Shown: in pieces, positions 18,934 through 28,653 of the stretch | Numbering within the stretch: position 1 is the stretch's first letter | Layout: every line of letters begins with the position of its first letter | Assembly: GCA_001871755.1 (NCBI GenBank) | Contig: MNXL01000393.1 | Coordinates: 1 to 33,349 of the forward strand | Direction: 5' to 3' | DNA from: Anaerolineae bacterium CG2_30_64_16 | GTDB taxonomy: Bacteria; Chloroflexota; Anaerolineae; CG2-30-64-16 | DNA length: 33,349 nucleotides | Notes under the pieces: model-generated | Databases searched by the model: none | Told to the model about the DNA's origin: nothing | The model's input: only the letters and a program-made list of their open reading frames with translations | Made by a program: the position numbers and the translations under genes

Positions 18934-21658
18934 ACTGCCCGCCTCCACCGGATTTTCCACGACGCAGCGCCCGGTGCCGCGCCCGACCTGGCTCTGGCTG
19001 ATCGGGGCCGGGACCGTCCTGGCCGCGGGCGCCGTTTTCGGTCCATTGCCCGCCGCGTTACTGGTGCTTGCTCTGCTGGGAGCGCTGGTGCTCCTGCGGG
19101 GTTGGCCGGTCAGTGGCATGGTGCTGCTCGTCGCCGCGGCGATGCTGACGCATTTCAAGGCCGACGTCGGTCCCGTTTCAGTGCGCCCTGAACACCCGGC
19201 AATCTTGCTGGTCGGCGCGCTGTGGCTCTGGCAGATCATCATCCACCAAAGGCCGTTTCGCCTGGACTGGCCGGCGTTCTTCGCCCTGGCCTGGTTCGGG
19301 CTTAACGTGGGGGCCACGCTGGCCAACGCGCCCGATCCCGGCGACTCGTTGCGCCACATCTTCCGGCTTTCCCTGATGGTCGCCACCTACGTCGTGGGGA
19401 TCAACCTGTTGCGGACGCCGCGCTCGTGGACGGCGGCCTTCCACGGGTTCTTGCTCCTGGCGTTCGGCGAGGCTGCGTTCGGTTTGATCGCCCTGGCGCT
19501 GTACCGTTTCGGCATCAACGTGGGGGTGCAAACGGCCTGGGTGCTGACCCATCCCGTGCCGTACGGCACGCTGGAAGAAGGCAACATGTTCGGCAGCCAT
19601 TCGGCGGCCTGGCTGATCGCCTTTCTGGCGCTTTTCCTGGCTCACTCGGCCCGGTTTTCCTCCCTCAGGTCAAAGCTCTCCGGCCTATCGCTCCCACTGG
19701 GGGCCGCCGTCGCCGGGACCGGGCTGGCGGTCCTGCTTAGCTTTAGCCGGGGCGCCTGGCTGGCGTTGCTGGTCGGGCTGGCGCTGCTTTTCATCTACTA
19801 CAGCCCGCGCAGTCGCGGCCAGTACCTGCGCGGCACACTGCTGGCGCTGGGTGGACCATTCCTGGTCATCAGCTTGTTGCTGCTGATCCAGACCCTACCG
19901 GAAAGCGTGCCGCTGGCCGCCCGCCTGCGCACTTTCACCACTCTGGCCAACGATCCCACCGTCAATTCCCGGCTGGGCAACTACTACGAGGGCCTGATGG
20001 ATTGGGCGGCCCATCCCTGGCTCGGCTGGGGACCCGGCACTTTTTACCAACTGCACGGCATCCGCAACTGGGCGCCCGCCTGGCTGAGCAATCAGATCGT
20101 GCGCACGCTGCAAGAAACCGGCGTCTTCGGACTGTTGGCTTATGGTGGTTTCGTGGTCACGTTGCTCTGGGCGGCGGCGCGCGGTATCCGGCGTGCCTCA
20201 AATCCGCACAACCGGGCCGCGTTGCTGGGCCTGACGCTTGGCTTCGTGGTCCTGCAAGTGGCCTACCAGGCCACAGATGGCACCTGGCTGGCCGCGATGT
20301 GGGTCCAGGCCGCGCTGCTGGCGTCAGGGGCGCGGTTGATCGGGGATCGGCAAATCGGCAAATCGGCAAATGGCAAATGGCAAATGGCGCAATCCGCAAT
20401 CCGCAATCCGCAGTCCCAAATCCGCAATCCCCAATCCCCAATCCCCCTTCTCTTCATCCACAGCTCCGACGAAATGTACGGCTCGGACGTGGTGCTGCTG
20501 GAGTTGCTGCGGCGGCTCGACCGGACCCGCTTTGCGCCGCTGGTGGCGCTGCCGACCGACATCACCTACGAACAGGGCCAGGCCCGGCTCAGCGACGAGC
20601 TGACGAAGCTGAGCATCCCCGTCCGTCACATCGATTTCGCGGTGCTGCGCCGGCGCTATCTCAGCCCGCGCGGCCTGCCCGGGTTCGCGCGGCGGCTCTG
20701 GCGCGGGAGTCGGGAGTTGGCCGATTGGATGCGGAGCGCAGACGTAGCGTTGGTCCACGCCAACACCGTGGCCGTGCTGGGCGGCGCGCTGGCCGCAAAG
20801 CTGGCGGGCCGGCCGCTGCTGTGGCACGTGCACGAGATCATCGTCGAGCCGCGCTGGCTGCGCTGGCTGATCGCCCGGCTGGTCACGGCCGCGGCGGATC
20901 GGATCGTGGTCATCTCCGGGCCGGTGGCCGAACATCTGTTGGGGCTGGGCGCGGCCCGGGGCGCGCGGGATAAAGTCATAGTGATCCCGGACGCGGTCGA
21001 CACCGAGCGGTTCAACCCCGCCAACGATGGCGCGCCGGCGCGGGAGGCGTGGGGCATCCGGCCGGACCAGGTGCTGATCGGCATGGCCGGCCGGATTCAC
21101 ACCTGGAAGGGGCAGGGCGTGCTGGTGGAGGCCGCGCGACTGCTGCGCGACCGCTGCGCCGAGGCCCGGTTCGTGATCGCCGGCGACATCGTGCCCGGCC
21201 AATCGGCGCCCAAGGAGGCGTTGGAGGCGGCCATCGCCGCGGGCGGGCTGGCCGATCGGGTCCAGTTGGTTGGTTTCTGGCCGGACGCCCGCCAGGTGAT
21301 GGCCGGCCTGGACGTGCTGGCGCTGCCCAGCACCGCGCCGGAGCCGTTCGGGCTGGTGGTGCTGGAGGCGATGGCCAGCGGCAAGCCGGTGATCGCCACC
21401 GCGGCCGGCGGCCCGCTGGAGATCGTCGGCGATGGCGAAACCGGGCTCCTGGTACCCCCGCGCGACCCGGCCGCCCTGGCCGACGCCATCGAGCGGCTGG
21501 TCCGTGATCCCGATCTGCGGGCGCGCATGGCCGCGGCCGGCCGGCGCCGGGCGGTGGAGAAGTTTGGGTTTGCTGCGCATATAGTAACGTTTGAGCGAGT
21601 ATATCAAGCACTGCTCGCTTCCAAAGTCGCTATTGGATTCGCCAGTCGGAGACGTTAG
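18926..21658 (+). CDS. Fusion of O-antigen ligase/polymerase-like (Wzy_C) membrane domain and GT4 glycosyltransferase
   Basis: ATG 18926 overlaps the upstream stop. N-half has YGTLEEGN, LSFSRGAW, SRL..Y, HPWLGWGPGTF, ETGVFG. C-half has GRIHTWKGQ and EPFGLVVLEAMASG. The linker is encoded by tandem repeats. Confidence 0.85.
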   Translation: MPELPASTGFSTTQRPVPRPTWLWLIGAGTVLAAGAVFGPLPAALLVLALLGALVLLRGWPVSGMVLLVAAAMLTHFKADVGPVSVRPEHPAILLVGALWLWQIIIHQRPFRLDWPAFFALAWFGLNVGATLANAPDPGDSLRHIFRLSLMVATYVVGINLLRTPRSWTAAFHGFLLLAFGEAAFGLIALALYRFGINVGVQTAWVLTHPVPYGTLEEGNMFGSHSAAWLIAFLALFLAHSARFSSLRSKLSGLSLPLGAAVAGTGLAVLLSFSRGAWLALLVGLALLFIYYSPRSRGQYLRGTLLALGGPFLVISLLLLIQTLPESVPLAARLRTFTTLANDPTVNSRLGNYYEGLMDWAAHPWLGWGPGTFYQLHGIRNWAPAWLSNQIVRTLQETGVFGLLAYGGFVVTLLWAAARGIRRASNPHNRAALLGLTLGFVVLQVAYQATDGTWLAAMWVQAALLASGARLIGDRQIGKSANGKWQMAQSAIRNPQSQIRNPQSPIPLLFIHSSDEMYGSDVVLLELLRRLDRTRFAPLVALPTDITYEQGQARLSDELTKLSIPVRHIDFAVLRRRYLSPRGLPGFARRLWRGSRELADWMRSADVALVHANTVAVLGGALAAKLAGRPLLWHVHEIIVEPRWLRWLIARLVTAAADRIVVISGPVAEHLLGLGAARGARDKVIVIPDAVDTERFNPANDGAPAREAWGIRPDQVLIGMAGRIHTWKGQGVLVEAARLLRDRCAEARFVIAGDIVPGQSAPKEALEAAIAAGGLADRVQLVGFWPDARQVMAGLDVLALPSTAPEPFGLVVLEAMASGKPVIATAAGGPLEIVGDGETGLLVPPRDPAALADAIERLVRDPDLRARMAAAGRRRAVEKFGFAAHIVTFERVYQALLASKVAIGFASRRR
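20346..20446. repeat. 7/8-bp short tandem repeat array (STRR-like), in frame
   Basis: CAAATCGG units, then CAAATGG x3, CAATCCG units and CAATCCC x3. Confidence 0.9.
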
Positions 21659-21727
21659 CCGAAGTGGTTCGGCGTGGCTTGCGAAGACCATCGCCTTAGA
21701 CGAAACGCAACGATAACTGGAGAAACG

Positions 21728-23878
21728 ATGAACGCCTGGAACCGCTCGAACCGTCTCTTCGCTTCAGCCATGTCTGTCTGGAGCACCTGGCTGCTTCTGC
21801 CGATATTGGTGGGGGCTCTGGGCACACGCATGTGGCAGTTAGGGCGTGAGAGTTTGTGGTTTGACGAAATCTACACGGCCGAACTGGCGCAACGTCCGGT
21901 ATCTGAGATTGCCCTTCGGCTTCTGCGTTGGGGGGTTGACCCTCCGTTACACTACTATGCCGTGTGGGCCGCGTTGCGTGGGTTTGGCGCCTTGGGCGTT
22001 GAGATTGCGGCACGCCTCCCCTCGGTGATGGCTGGCACATTGGCGGTCGCGGCGCTCTACATGACCGCGCGCCATCTATGGAGCCGGCCTGCGGGGACGG
22101 CGATTGGCCTGATCGCAGCGGGGGCGTTTGCTCTGGCACCGTTTCAGGTGGAGTATGCTCAGGAAGCTCGAGCCTATGCGTTCGTGGTGCTGTGGACATC
22201 GGTGGCGGTCTGTGGCCTGGTATGGGCCACAGGTAATCCGGGCCCTGGTCTTGACGCGCGTGGGTGGCGGCATCCGGGATGGGTCATATGGCTGCTCGGA
22301 GCGACACTTGCCCTTTACACGCACTACATCGCGGTACTGGCCGTTTCCGGGCTTGCGCTATTTGGGATTCTGTCAACGTTGCGTTTGCAAAGACAAAGGC
22401 CTCCACGGGTGCTCTTGGGGAGCCTGATCTGGCTGGTTAGCCCGTTTCTGCTCTTCATACCGTGGCTGGCCCAGGCTGAGCAACAGTTTGCCCAGATGGC
22501 CGGCAGGTCGTCTGCCGGTACCGGCTGGTTAGAGCCTAGGATGCTTTCCATAGCATTGGTGAAGCACATGTCCTATGTGCTCGGCGCGGGAGCAGCTTCT
22601 CCCTGGCGAAAGGTGATCCCCCTCCTGGCCATGCTTGGCTGCGTGACGATGGTCGCCAGGCGCGAGTGGCGGGTCTTATGGCTCACAGTTCTATGGTTCT
22701 TGCCATCGGTTGCCTTCTTGCTGGCGATGCCTGTGCGCCCGTTTCCGGATCGCTATCTGATCATTTGGGCACCAACATTTCTCCTGTTGGCGGCTCGCGG
22801 TACTTACGCACTGGCCGAGTTGGTAGTAGCTTTTGTTCGCAGACCAGCGTACCGAACTCATGTAGCTCTGCTCCTGGGAACGGTATTCTGGCTGGCGCTG
22901 TGGCTTGGCCTGCAACATTACTACACAGTCCATAAGCAAGACTGGCGCGATGCGATCCGCCTGGTAAACGCCTCGCCGCCCATGCCCTTGTATGCACCGT
23001 GGATGCCTTCTATCGCCTGTTTCTATGCGAGTAACGATCCCACCCATCCTGCTCTCGATTCACGTGACCCTGCTGAGTTACAGGCTCGCCTTCTGGCAGA
23101 ACCACGGGCATGGCTGATAGTCAACCAAATCCAACGAGCATTCGACCCAGAGGACAAGATAGCTGACGCCTGGTATCCTCTCAGTCATGTTGATCTCGTT
23201 TTCTGGGGCAACTTACACCTGGTTTACGTGGGTGGACAGGCAAAACCCTCTGAGTTGATTGCTGAGGTTGAACGCATGGAGCTCCCCCCAGCGGCGCCCG
23301 TGTGGCTGAGCCTGGCCCGCGCTCAGCGTAAGATCGGCGATACCGAGGCTGCCAGACACACATTGCACCGTGCCGCCGAGTTCGCACGGGTAGATCCTTC
23401 GCCCCAGTATTTGCGGGACATCGCGGGGGAGATGCGTTTGCTGGGGTTACACGAGGAGGCTATCGAGCTTTACCGAACTGCCTTGAAGCGCATGCCGGAT
23501 GACGTGGAGACGCGACTGGGTCTGGCTGTCAGTGCAACCGCCTTGCAACGCCCCGACGAGGCGTTGCAAGTTCTAGCTTCTTTGCCGCGGAAAGAAGCCA
23601 ACAAGTATTGGCCCCAGCGTTTGTTGGGAGAGGCATACCGGCAAAAAGGCCAGCTTGCTCAAGCACTGGCACATTTCGCGGCCGCAGAAAAATCTAAATC
23701 GACAGATGCCGACATCTGCGTGCTGCTGGCAACGACCAGTGACGCGCTGAGCGACAGCGTAGGGGCTGTGTACTGGTGGCAGCAATACTTAGAGCGGGCA
23801 CCTGACGGGCCGTTTCGCGCGTCTGCATGCCAGTATTTTATCGAACATAATGGGCCAGCCTGTTCTGACCAACCATAG
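21728..23878 (+). CDS. GT39/PMT-like GT-C glycosyltransferase with C-terminal TPR repeats
   Basis: GGAG then ATG 21728. SLWFDE, DPPLHY, RLPS, YAQEARAY, YTHY, DRY, DWR motifs; TPR-like helices (EEAIELYRTALKRMPDD, LGEAYRQKGQLAQA, YLERAPDG). Confidence 0.85.
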   Translation: MNAWNRSNRLFASAMSVWSTWLLLPILVGALGTRMWQLGRESLWFDEIYTAELAQRPVSEIALRLLRWGVDPPLHYYAVWAALRGFGALGVEIAARLPSVMAGTLAVAALYMTARHLWSRPAGTAIGLIAAGAFALAPFQVEYAQEARAYAFVVLWTSVAVCGLVWATGNPGPGLDARGWRHPGWVIWLLGATLALYTHYIAVLAVSGLALFGILSTLRLQRQRPPRVLLGSLIWLVSPFLLFIPWLAQAEQQFAQMAGRSSAGTGWLEPRMLSIALVKHMSYVLGAGAASPWRKVIPLLAMLGCVTMVARREWRVLWLTVLWFLPSVAFLLAMPVRPFPDRYLIIWAPTFLLLAARGTYALAELVVAFVRRPAYRTHVALLLGTVFWLALWLGLQHYYTVHKQDWRDAIRLVNASPPMPLYAPWMPSIACFYASNDPTHPALDSRDPAELQARLLAEPRAWLIVNQIQRAFDPEDKIADAWYPLSHVDLVFWGNLHLVYVGGQAKPSELIAEVERMELPPAAPVWLSLARAQRKIGDTEAARHTLHRAAEFARVDPSPQYLRDIAGEMRLLGLHEEAIELYRTALKRMPDDVETRLGLAVSATALQRPDEALQVLASLPRKEANKYWPQRLLGEAYRQKGQLAQALAHFAAAEKSKSTDADICVLLATTSDALSDSVGAVYWWQQYLERAPDGPFRASACQYFIEHNGPACSDQP

Positions 23879-24024
23879 GGCCTCACCAGTTCAACAGGCA
23901 AGAATTTTCTGAATGCTTTGGTCTGTTTGGGTCCGGCCTGTAAGCGCAGCGGTCTTGTCCGGGTCAGGTAAGTCATGCTTTCATTCGAATATCATGACCG
24001 ACCACAACGGCATGGAGGTCTCTT

Positions 24025-24762
24025 ATCCGTAAGCACTGTGTACCAACTCTCGGGGCGCTGATCCTTGCCTGTAGACTGATCCTTGGCGCAGGTTGCAGCG
24101 CATTACCCACCGATCAGAACCACGCACCCGCCCACATCTGGATCCTGGGCGACAGCCTGACCGGCGGGCTCTATGCGTCTGACGCGGATGCGACTTTCCG
24201 CAGCCTGCTTTTCGGGAATTTGCAGGAGCAATCCGGGCATCAGATCGAAGAGCTGTACTGGCGCCGGTTCTGCACGCTGGCCAGCCTGGAGGGGCGTTGG
24301 GAAGAGCTGGCCGGACACCCCGACCTGGTCTTCATCGAAATCGGCATCAACGACGTGGCCAACGTCAATTGCGAACAGGTCCCTGAGTCAGCGTGGCGGG
24401 CGCGCTACGGCGCGATGCTCGACCGCATCCACGCCCGCGCGCCGGACGCGGCGATCATCGTGGGCACGATCCCGTGGTGCGGCTGGTCGGATGGCAACCC
24501 AACCCGCGCCCGGGCGCTCGCCTACAGCGATTGGATTCGAGCGGAGGCAGACGCGCGCGGCCTGGCGGTGGCGGATCTGTGGGCGGTGACGGTCGATCGG
24601 CCGGACGGTATCTCGGCCCCGAAACAACCGAGTGCCTTCCCGCCCAAATATCAAGGCGACACGTTCCATCCCAACGACGTGGGGCACGCGCGCATCGCTG
24701 AGACGTTTTACCAGACATACGTCGAGCATTATGCCAACAACGCTACGGGGAATGCAAAGTGA
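24025..24762 (+). CDS. SGNH/GDSL hydrolase, probable lipoprotein; start codon appears to be ATC
   Basis: In-frame WILGDSLT (~24139-24162) lies upstream of the tracked TTG 24220. GIND and DTFHPN complete the catalytic blocks. GGAGG at 24014-24018 is 6 nt before ATC CGT AAG. Confidence 0.8.
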   Translation: MRKHCVPTLGALILACRLILGAGCSALPTDQNHAPAHIWILGDSLTGGLYASDADATFRSLLFGNLQEQSGHQIEELYWRRFCTLASLEGRWEELAGHPDLVFIEIGINDVANVNCEQVPESAWRARYGAMLDRIHARAPDAAIIVGTIPWCGWSDGNPTRARALAYSDWIRAEADARGLAVADLWAVTVDRPDGISAPKQPSAFPPKYQGDTFHPNDVGHARIAETFYQTYVEHYANNATGNAK

Positions 24763-25859
24763 AAATCGCCATGCTCGGCAGCCGGGGCATCCCGGCCAGT
24801 TATAGTGGGTTCGAAACTTACTACGAACAGTTGGGCGCGCGACTGGTGCAGCGCGGCCACCAAGTCACCGTGTACTGCCGCACGCACCACATCGCCTACC
24901 CCGATCCCACCTATCGGGGCATGCGGCTGGTCAAGCTGTCCACCATCCCCAACAAATATCTGGACACCATCGTCCACAGCGCCCTCTCCGGCCTGCACGC
25001 CCTGACCCAGGGCTACGACATCGCGCTCTACGTCATCGCGGGCAACAGCCTGGTGGCCTGGATCCCGCGGCTGGCCGGGCAGGTGACCGTCCTGAACGTG
25101 GACGGCCTGGATTGGAAACGGGCCAAGTGGCCGGGGCCGGCCAAGGCCTACATCCGCTTCGCCGAGCGGATGGCCCCTGTCCTGCCCACCGCCTACCTGA
25201 CCGATTCGCGCGTCGTCCAGGCTTATTACCGCGAGGCATACGGGAGCGAGCCGCCCTACATCCCCTACGGCTCGGAAGTCCCCCGCGTCCCGCCCGGCGA
25301 AACCCTGGCGCGTTTCGGCCTGGAAGCCCGCAAATACATCCTGTTCGTGGGCCGACTGGTGCCGGAGAACTGCGCCCACCACCTGATTGAGGCGTTCCAG
25401 GGGCTGGACACCGACCTGCGGTGCGTCATCGTCGGGGACGCGCCCTACGCCGAGGCCTACATCGCGCGGCTCAAGGCCACTCGCGACCCACGCGTGATCT
25501 TCACCGGCTACCAGTTCGGGACGGCGTATCACGAGCTGGGCTCCAACGCAGCCGTTTTCGTGGAGACGTCCGGGGTGGGCGGCACCCACCCGGCCCTGCT
25601 GGAGGCGATGGCGTTCGGTAACTGCGTCGTGGTTCACGACACGGCCGAGAACCTGGAGACGATCGGGGACGCCGGGCTGAGCTACCACGGCGCAACTGGC
25701 GCCGATGCGCTGCGCGAACTGTTAGCCCGGCTGCTGGCCGACCCCGATCTGGTCGCCGAACTCCGCGCCCGCGCGGCGGCCCGGGCCGCTGCGGTCTACA
25801 GTTGGGACGCGATCACCGACCAGTACGAAGCACTGTTCGAGGCTCTGCTCACGCGCTGA
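24759..25859 (+). CDS. GT4 glycosyltransferase with DUF1972-type N-terminus
   Basis: MKIAMLGSRGIPASYSGFET, NVDGLDWKRAKW, VGRLVPEN, VGGTHPALLEAMAFG. Confidence 0.92.
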   Translation: MKIAMLGSRGIPASYSGFETYYEQLGARLVQRGHQVTVYCRTHHIAYPDPTYRGMRLVKLSTIPNKYLDTIVHSALSGLHALTQGYDIALYVIAGNSLVAWIPRLAGQVTVLNVDGLDWKRAKWPGPAKAYIRFAERMAPVLPTAYLTDSRVVQAYYREAYGSEPPYIPYGSEVPRVPPGETLARFGLEARKYILFVGRLVPENCAHHLIEAFQGLDTDLRCVIVGDAPYAEAYIARLKATRDPRVIFTGYQFGTAYHELGSNAAVFVETSGVGGTHPALLEAMAFGNCVVVHDTAENLETIGDAGLSYHGATGADALRELLARLLADPDLVAELRARAAARAAAVYSWDAITDQYEALFEALLTR

Positions 25860-25876
25860 TGACCCCCCGTCACTGT

Positions 25877-26058
25877 CTGCCCTGAAAATACACAACGAAT
25901 GGGGAAAACAACGAATTTCTTGCTGTGGTCGGCTTCGTCCTGAGGCTCGCGAAGGGTCTACGACCGAGCTACCGTTTTCATGCACCGTGGCCCTTCGACG
26001 AGGCCCTTCGATAGACTCAGGACACGGCTCAGGACAGGCGCCGCGCTCGGCATGAACA
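25877..26058 (-). mobile_element. Composite repeat copy C with nested CCCTTCG..CTCAGGAC insertions
   Basis: Minus strand reads TTCATGCCG..[insert]..CCACGGTGCATGAAAA, then cargo, then ATTTTCAGGGCAG. Three CCCTTCG..CTCAGGAC units lie inside it. Confidence 0.75.
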
Positions 26059-26194
26059 CTATCCGTATCCTCTCAAAAAGGTGGGGACGAATCTGCTCAA
26101 GCCGAGTCCGTGACTCGGCGGGCGAGCGGCGGATCGCTGTGAAGGGGCGCTCAGCAGACGCGTAGCCAGGTGATGAATCGACCGATCCCCCGAT

Positions 26195-26223
26195 TTGGCC
26201 CCTAACCGCCTTGCTGCTAGAAT
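26195..26223 (+). promoter_or_regulatory. Putative sigma70 promoter for eamA-purA-purB-purH
   Basis: TTGGCC (26195-26200), 17 bp spacer, TAGAAT (26218-26223) with extended TG at 26215. Confidence 0.55.
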
Positions 26224-26258
26224 TGAGCGGTTCCACGATGGAACAAATCGTCAGCGCA

Positions 26259-26310
26259 GTGACGCCCCATTCCATCCGGGCAACACCCGGGGGAGGGCGT
26301 CACCTTTTGT
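26259..26310 (+). terminator. Terminator-like hairpin in the leader upstream of eamA
   Basis: GTGACGCCC/GGGCGTCAC 9-bp stem with inner CCGGG/CCCGG stem, followed by CTTTTGT. Confidence 0.45.
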
Positions 26311-26408
26311 CGGAGAGAAACGATGCCGTGCGCCTATCTGCGCCCGCTGCGCTTTGTATGACTGGGGCGCCTGGAAATGGACCATGACCCAAGCCGGGAG
26401 CCAGGTCT

Positions 26409-27254
26409 GTGATCGTCGCCCAGCTTCTCGGCGCGTTTCTGGCCCTTGCATCGGCGGCCGTGTTCGGCGGTGGGGATTTTAGCGGCGGCGTGGCCACGCG
26501 GCGCCATCACCAGTTCCAGGTGCTGGCGTTGTCAGCGATCGCCAGCATCGCGTTGCTGGCCGCTTTTGCCCTGCTGTGGCGGGAGACCTTGCCCTCGCCG
26601 CGCAGCGTGCTGTGGGCGGCCGCGGCCGGCGTCGCCGGCTCGTTGGGGCTGGCCGCGCTCTACCGGGGACTGTCGCTGGGGAACGCGGCCAGCGTGTCGC
26701 CGACTGCCGGCGTGATCGGCGCGGCCGTGCCCGTGGTCTTTGCCGCGCTGACCGAGGGGTTGCCGCCGCCCGTCCGCATGATGGGGTTCGCGATTGCCAT
26801 CGCCGGCATCTGGCTGGTGACGCGCGTGCCCGCCGCGGATGGCCTGGGCTCACGCCACAACCTGCTGTTGGCGGTTTTCGCCGGCATCGCGTTCGGCGCG
26901 TTCTTCATCTTCATCGCGCAGGTCGAAGCGGATGCGGTCTTCCTGCCGCTGATGTTCGCCAAGATCGTAGCTTTCGGTCTGGCGTTGGCGTTGCTCCGGC
27001 TCAAACGCCTGCCGTTGCCGGGGCCGAGGAGCAACCCGATCGCCCTGCTCGCCGGCCTGCTCGACGCGTCGGCGAATGCGCTTTACCTGGTGGCCAGCCA
27101 GCTCACGAGGCTGGACGTGGCCGTTGTGCTGACGTCGCTCTACCCGGCCGGGACAGTGCTGCTGGCGCGCGGCCTGCAGAAGGAACCGACCTCACGCCCG
27201 CAATGGGTCGGCGTCCTGCTCTGTCTGGTCGCCATCGCACTGATCGTCGTCTAG
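26409..27254 (+). CDS. EamA/DMT family transporter
   Basis: 10 TM in two repeats; GGGDFSGG and [11 protein letters not shown]; GGGAG RBS. Confidence 0.88.
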   Translation: MIVAQLLGAFLALASAAVFGGGDFSGGVATRRHHQFQVLALSAIASIALLAAFALLWRETLPSPRSVLWAAAAGVAGSLGLAALYRGLSLGNAASVSPTAGVIGAAVPVVFAALTEGLPPPVRMMGFAIAIAGIWLVTRVPAADGLGSRHNLLLAVFAGIAFGAFFIFIAQVEADAVFLPLMFAKIVAFGLALALLRLKRLPLPGPRSNPIALLAGLLDASANALYLVASQLTRLDVAVVLTSLYPAGTVLLARGLQKEPTSRPQWVGVLLCLVAIALIVV

Positions 27255-27289
27255 GAGAGCGCTATCGCTGCCCGGAAAGGAAGCTTGAC

Positions 27290-28546
<1,257 letters not shown>

Positions 28547-28564
<18 letters not shown>

Positions 28565-28632
28565 CGAGCAGCAAGTAAGGCATCGGGACCGCCTTGTTTC
28601 CCTGTTTCCTTGTCTACTTGTTTCCTTGTCTA
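28547..28632. repeat. Short tandem repeats at the purA-purB junction
   Basis: GTAACGA x3 (28547-28567, includes the purA stop) and five octamers CTTGTTTC/CCTGTTTC/CTTGTCTA (28593-28632). Confidence 0.85.
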
Positions 28633-28653
28633 CTCCTACCCAGGAAAACCGCC

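Noticed and set aside
26320-26365. CRAPICARCAL resembling an Fe-S/zinc motif remnant
   Set aside because: Short, with no credible start or surrounding domain; probably chance.
26224-26408. Named riboswitch (ZTP, purine, PRPP, fluoride)
   Set aside because: Only fragmentary resemblance; conserved cores could not be aligned by eye.
26576-27289. N-terminal extension/fusion on purA
   Set aside because: Overlaps the EamA gene out of frame; RBS and conserved start are at 27290.
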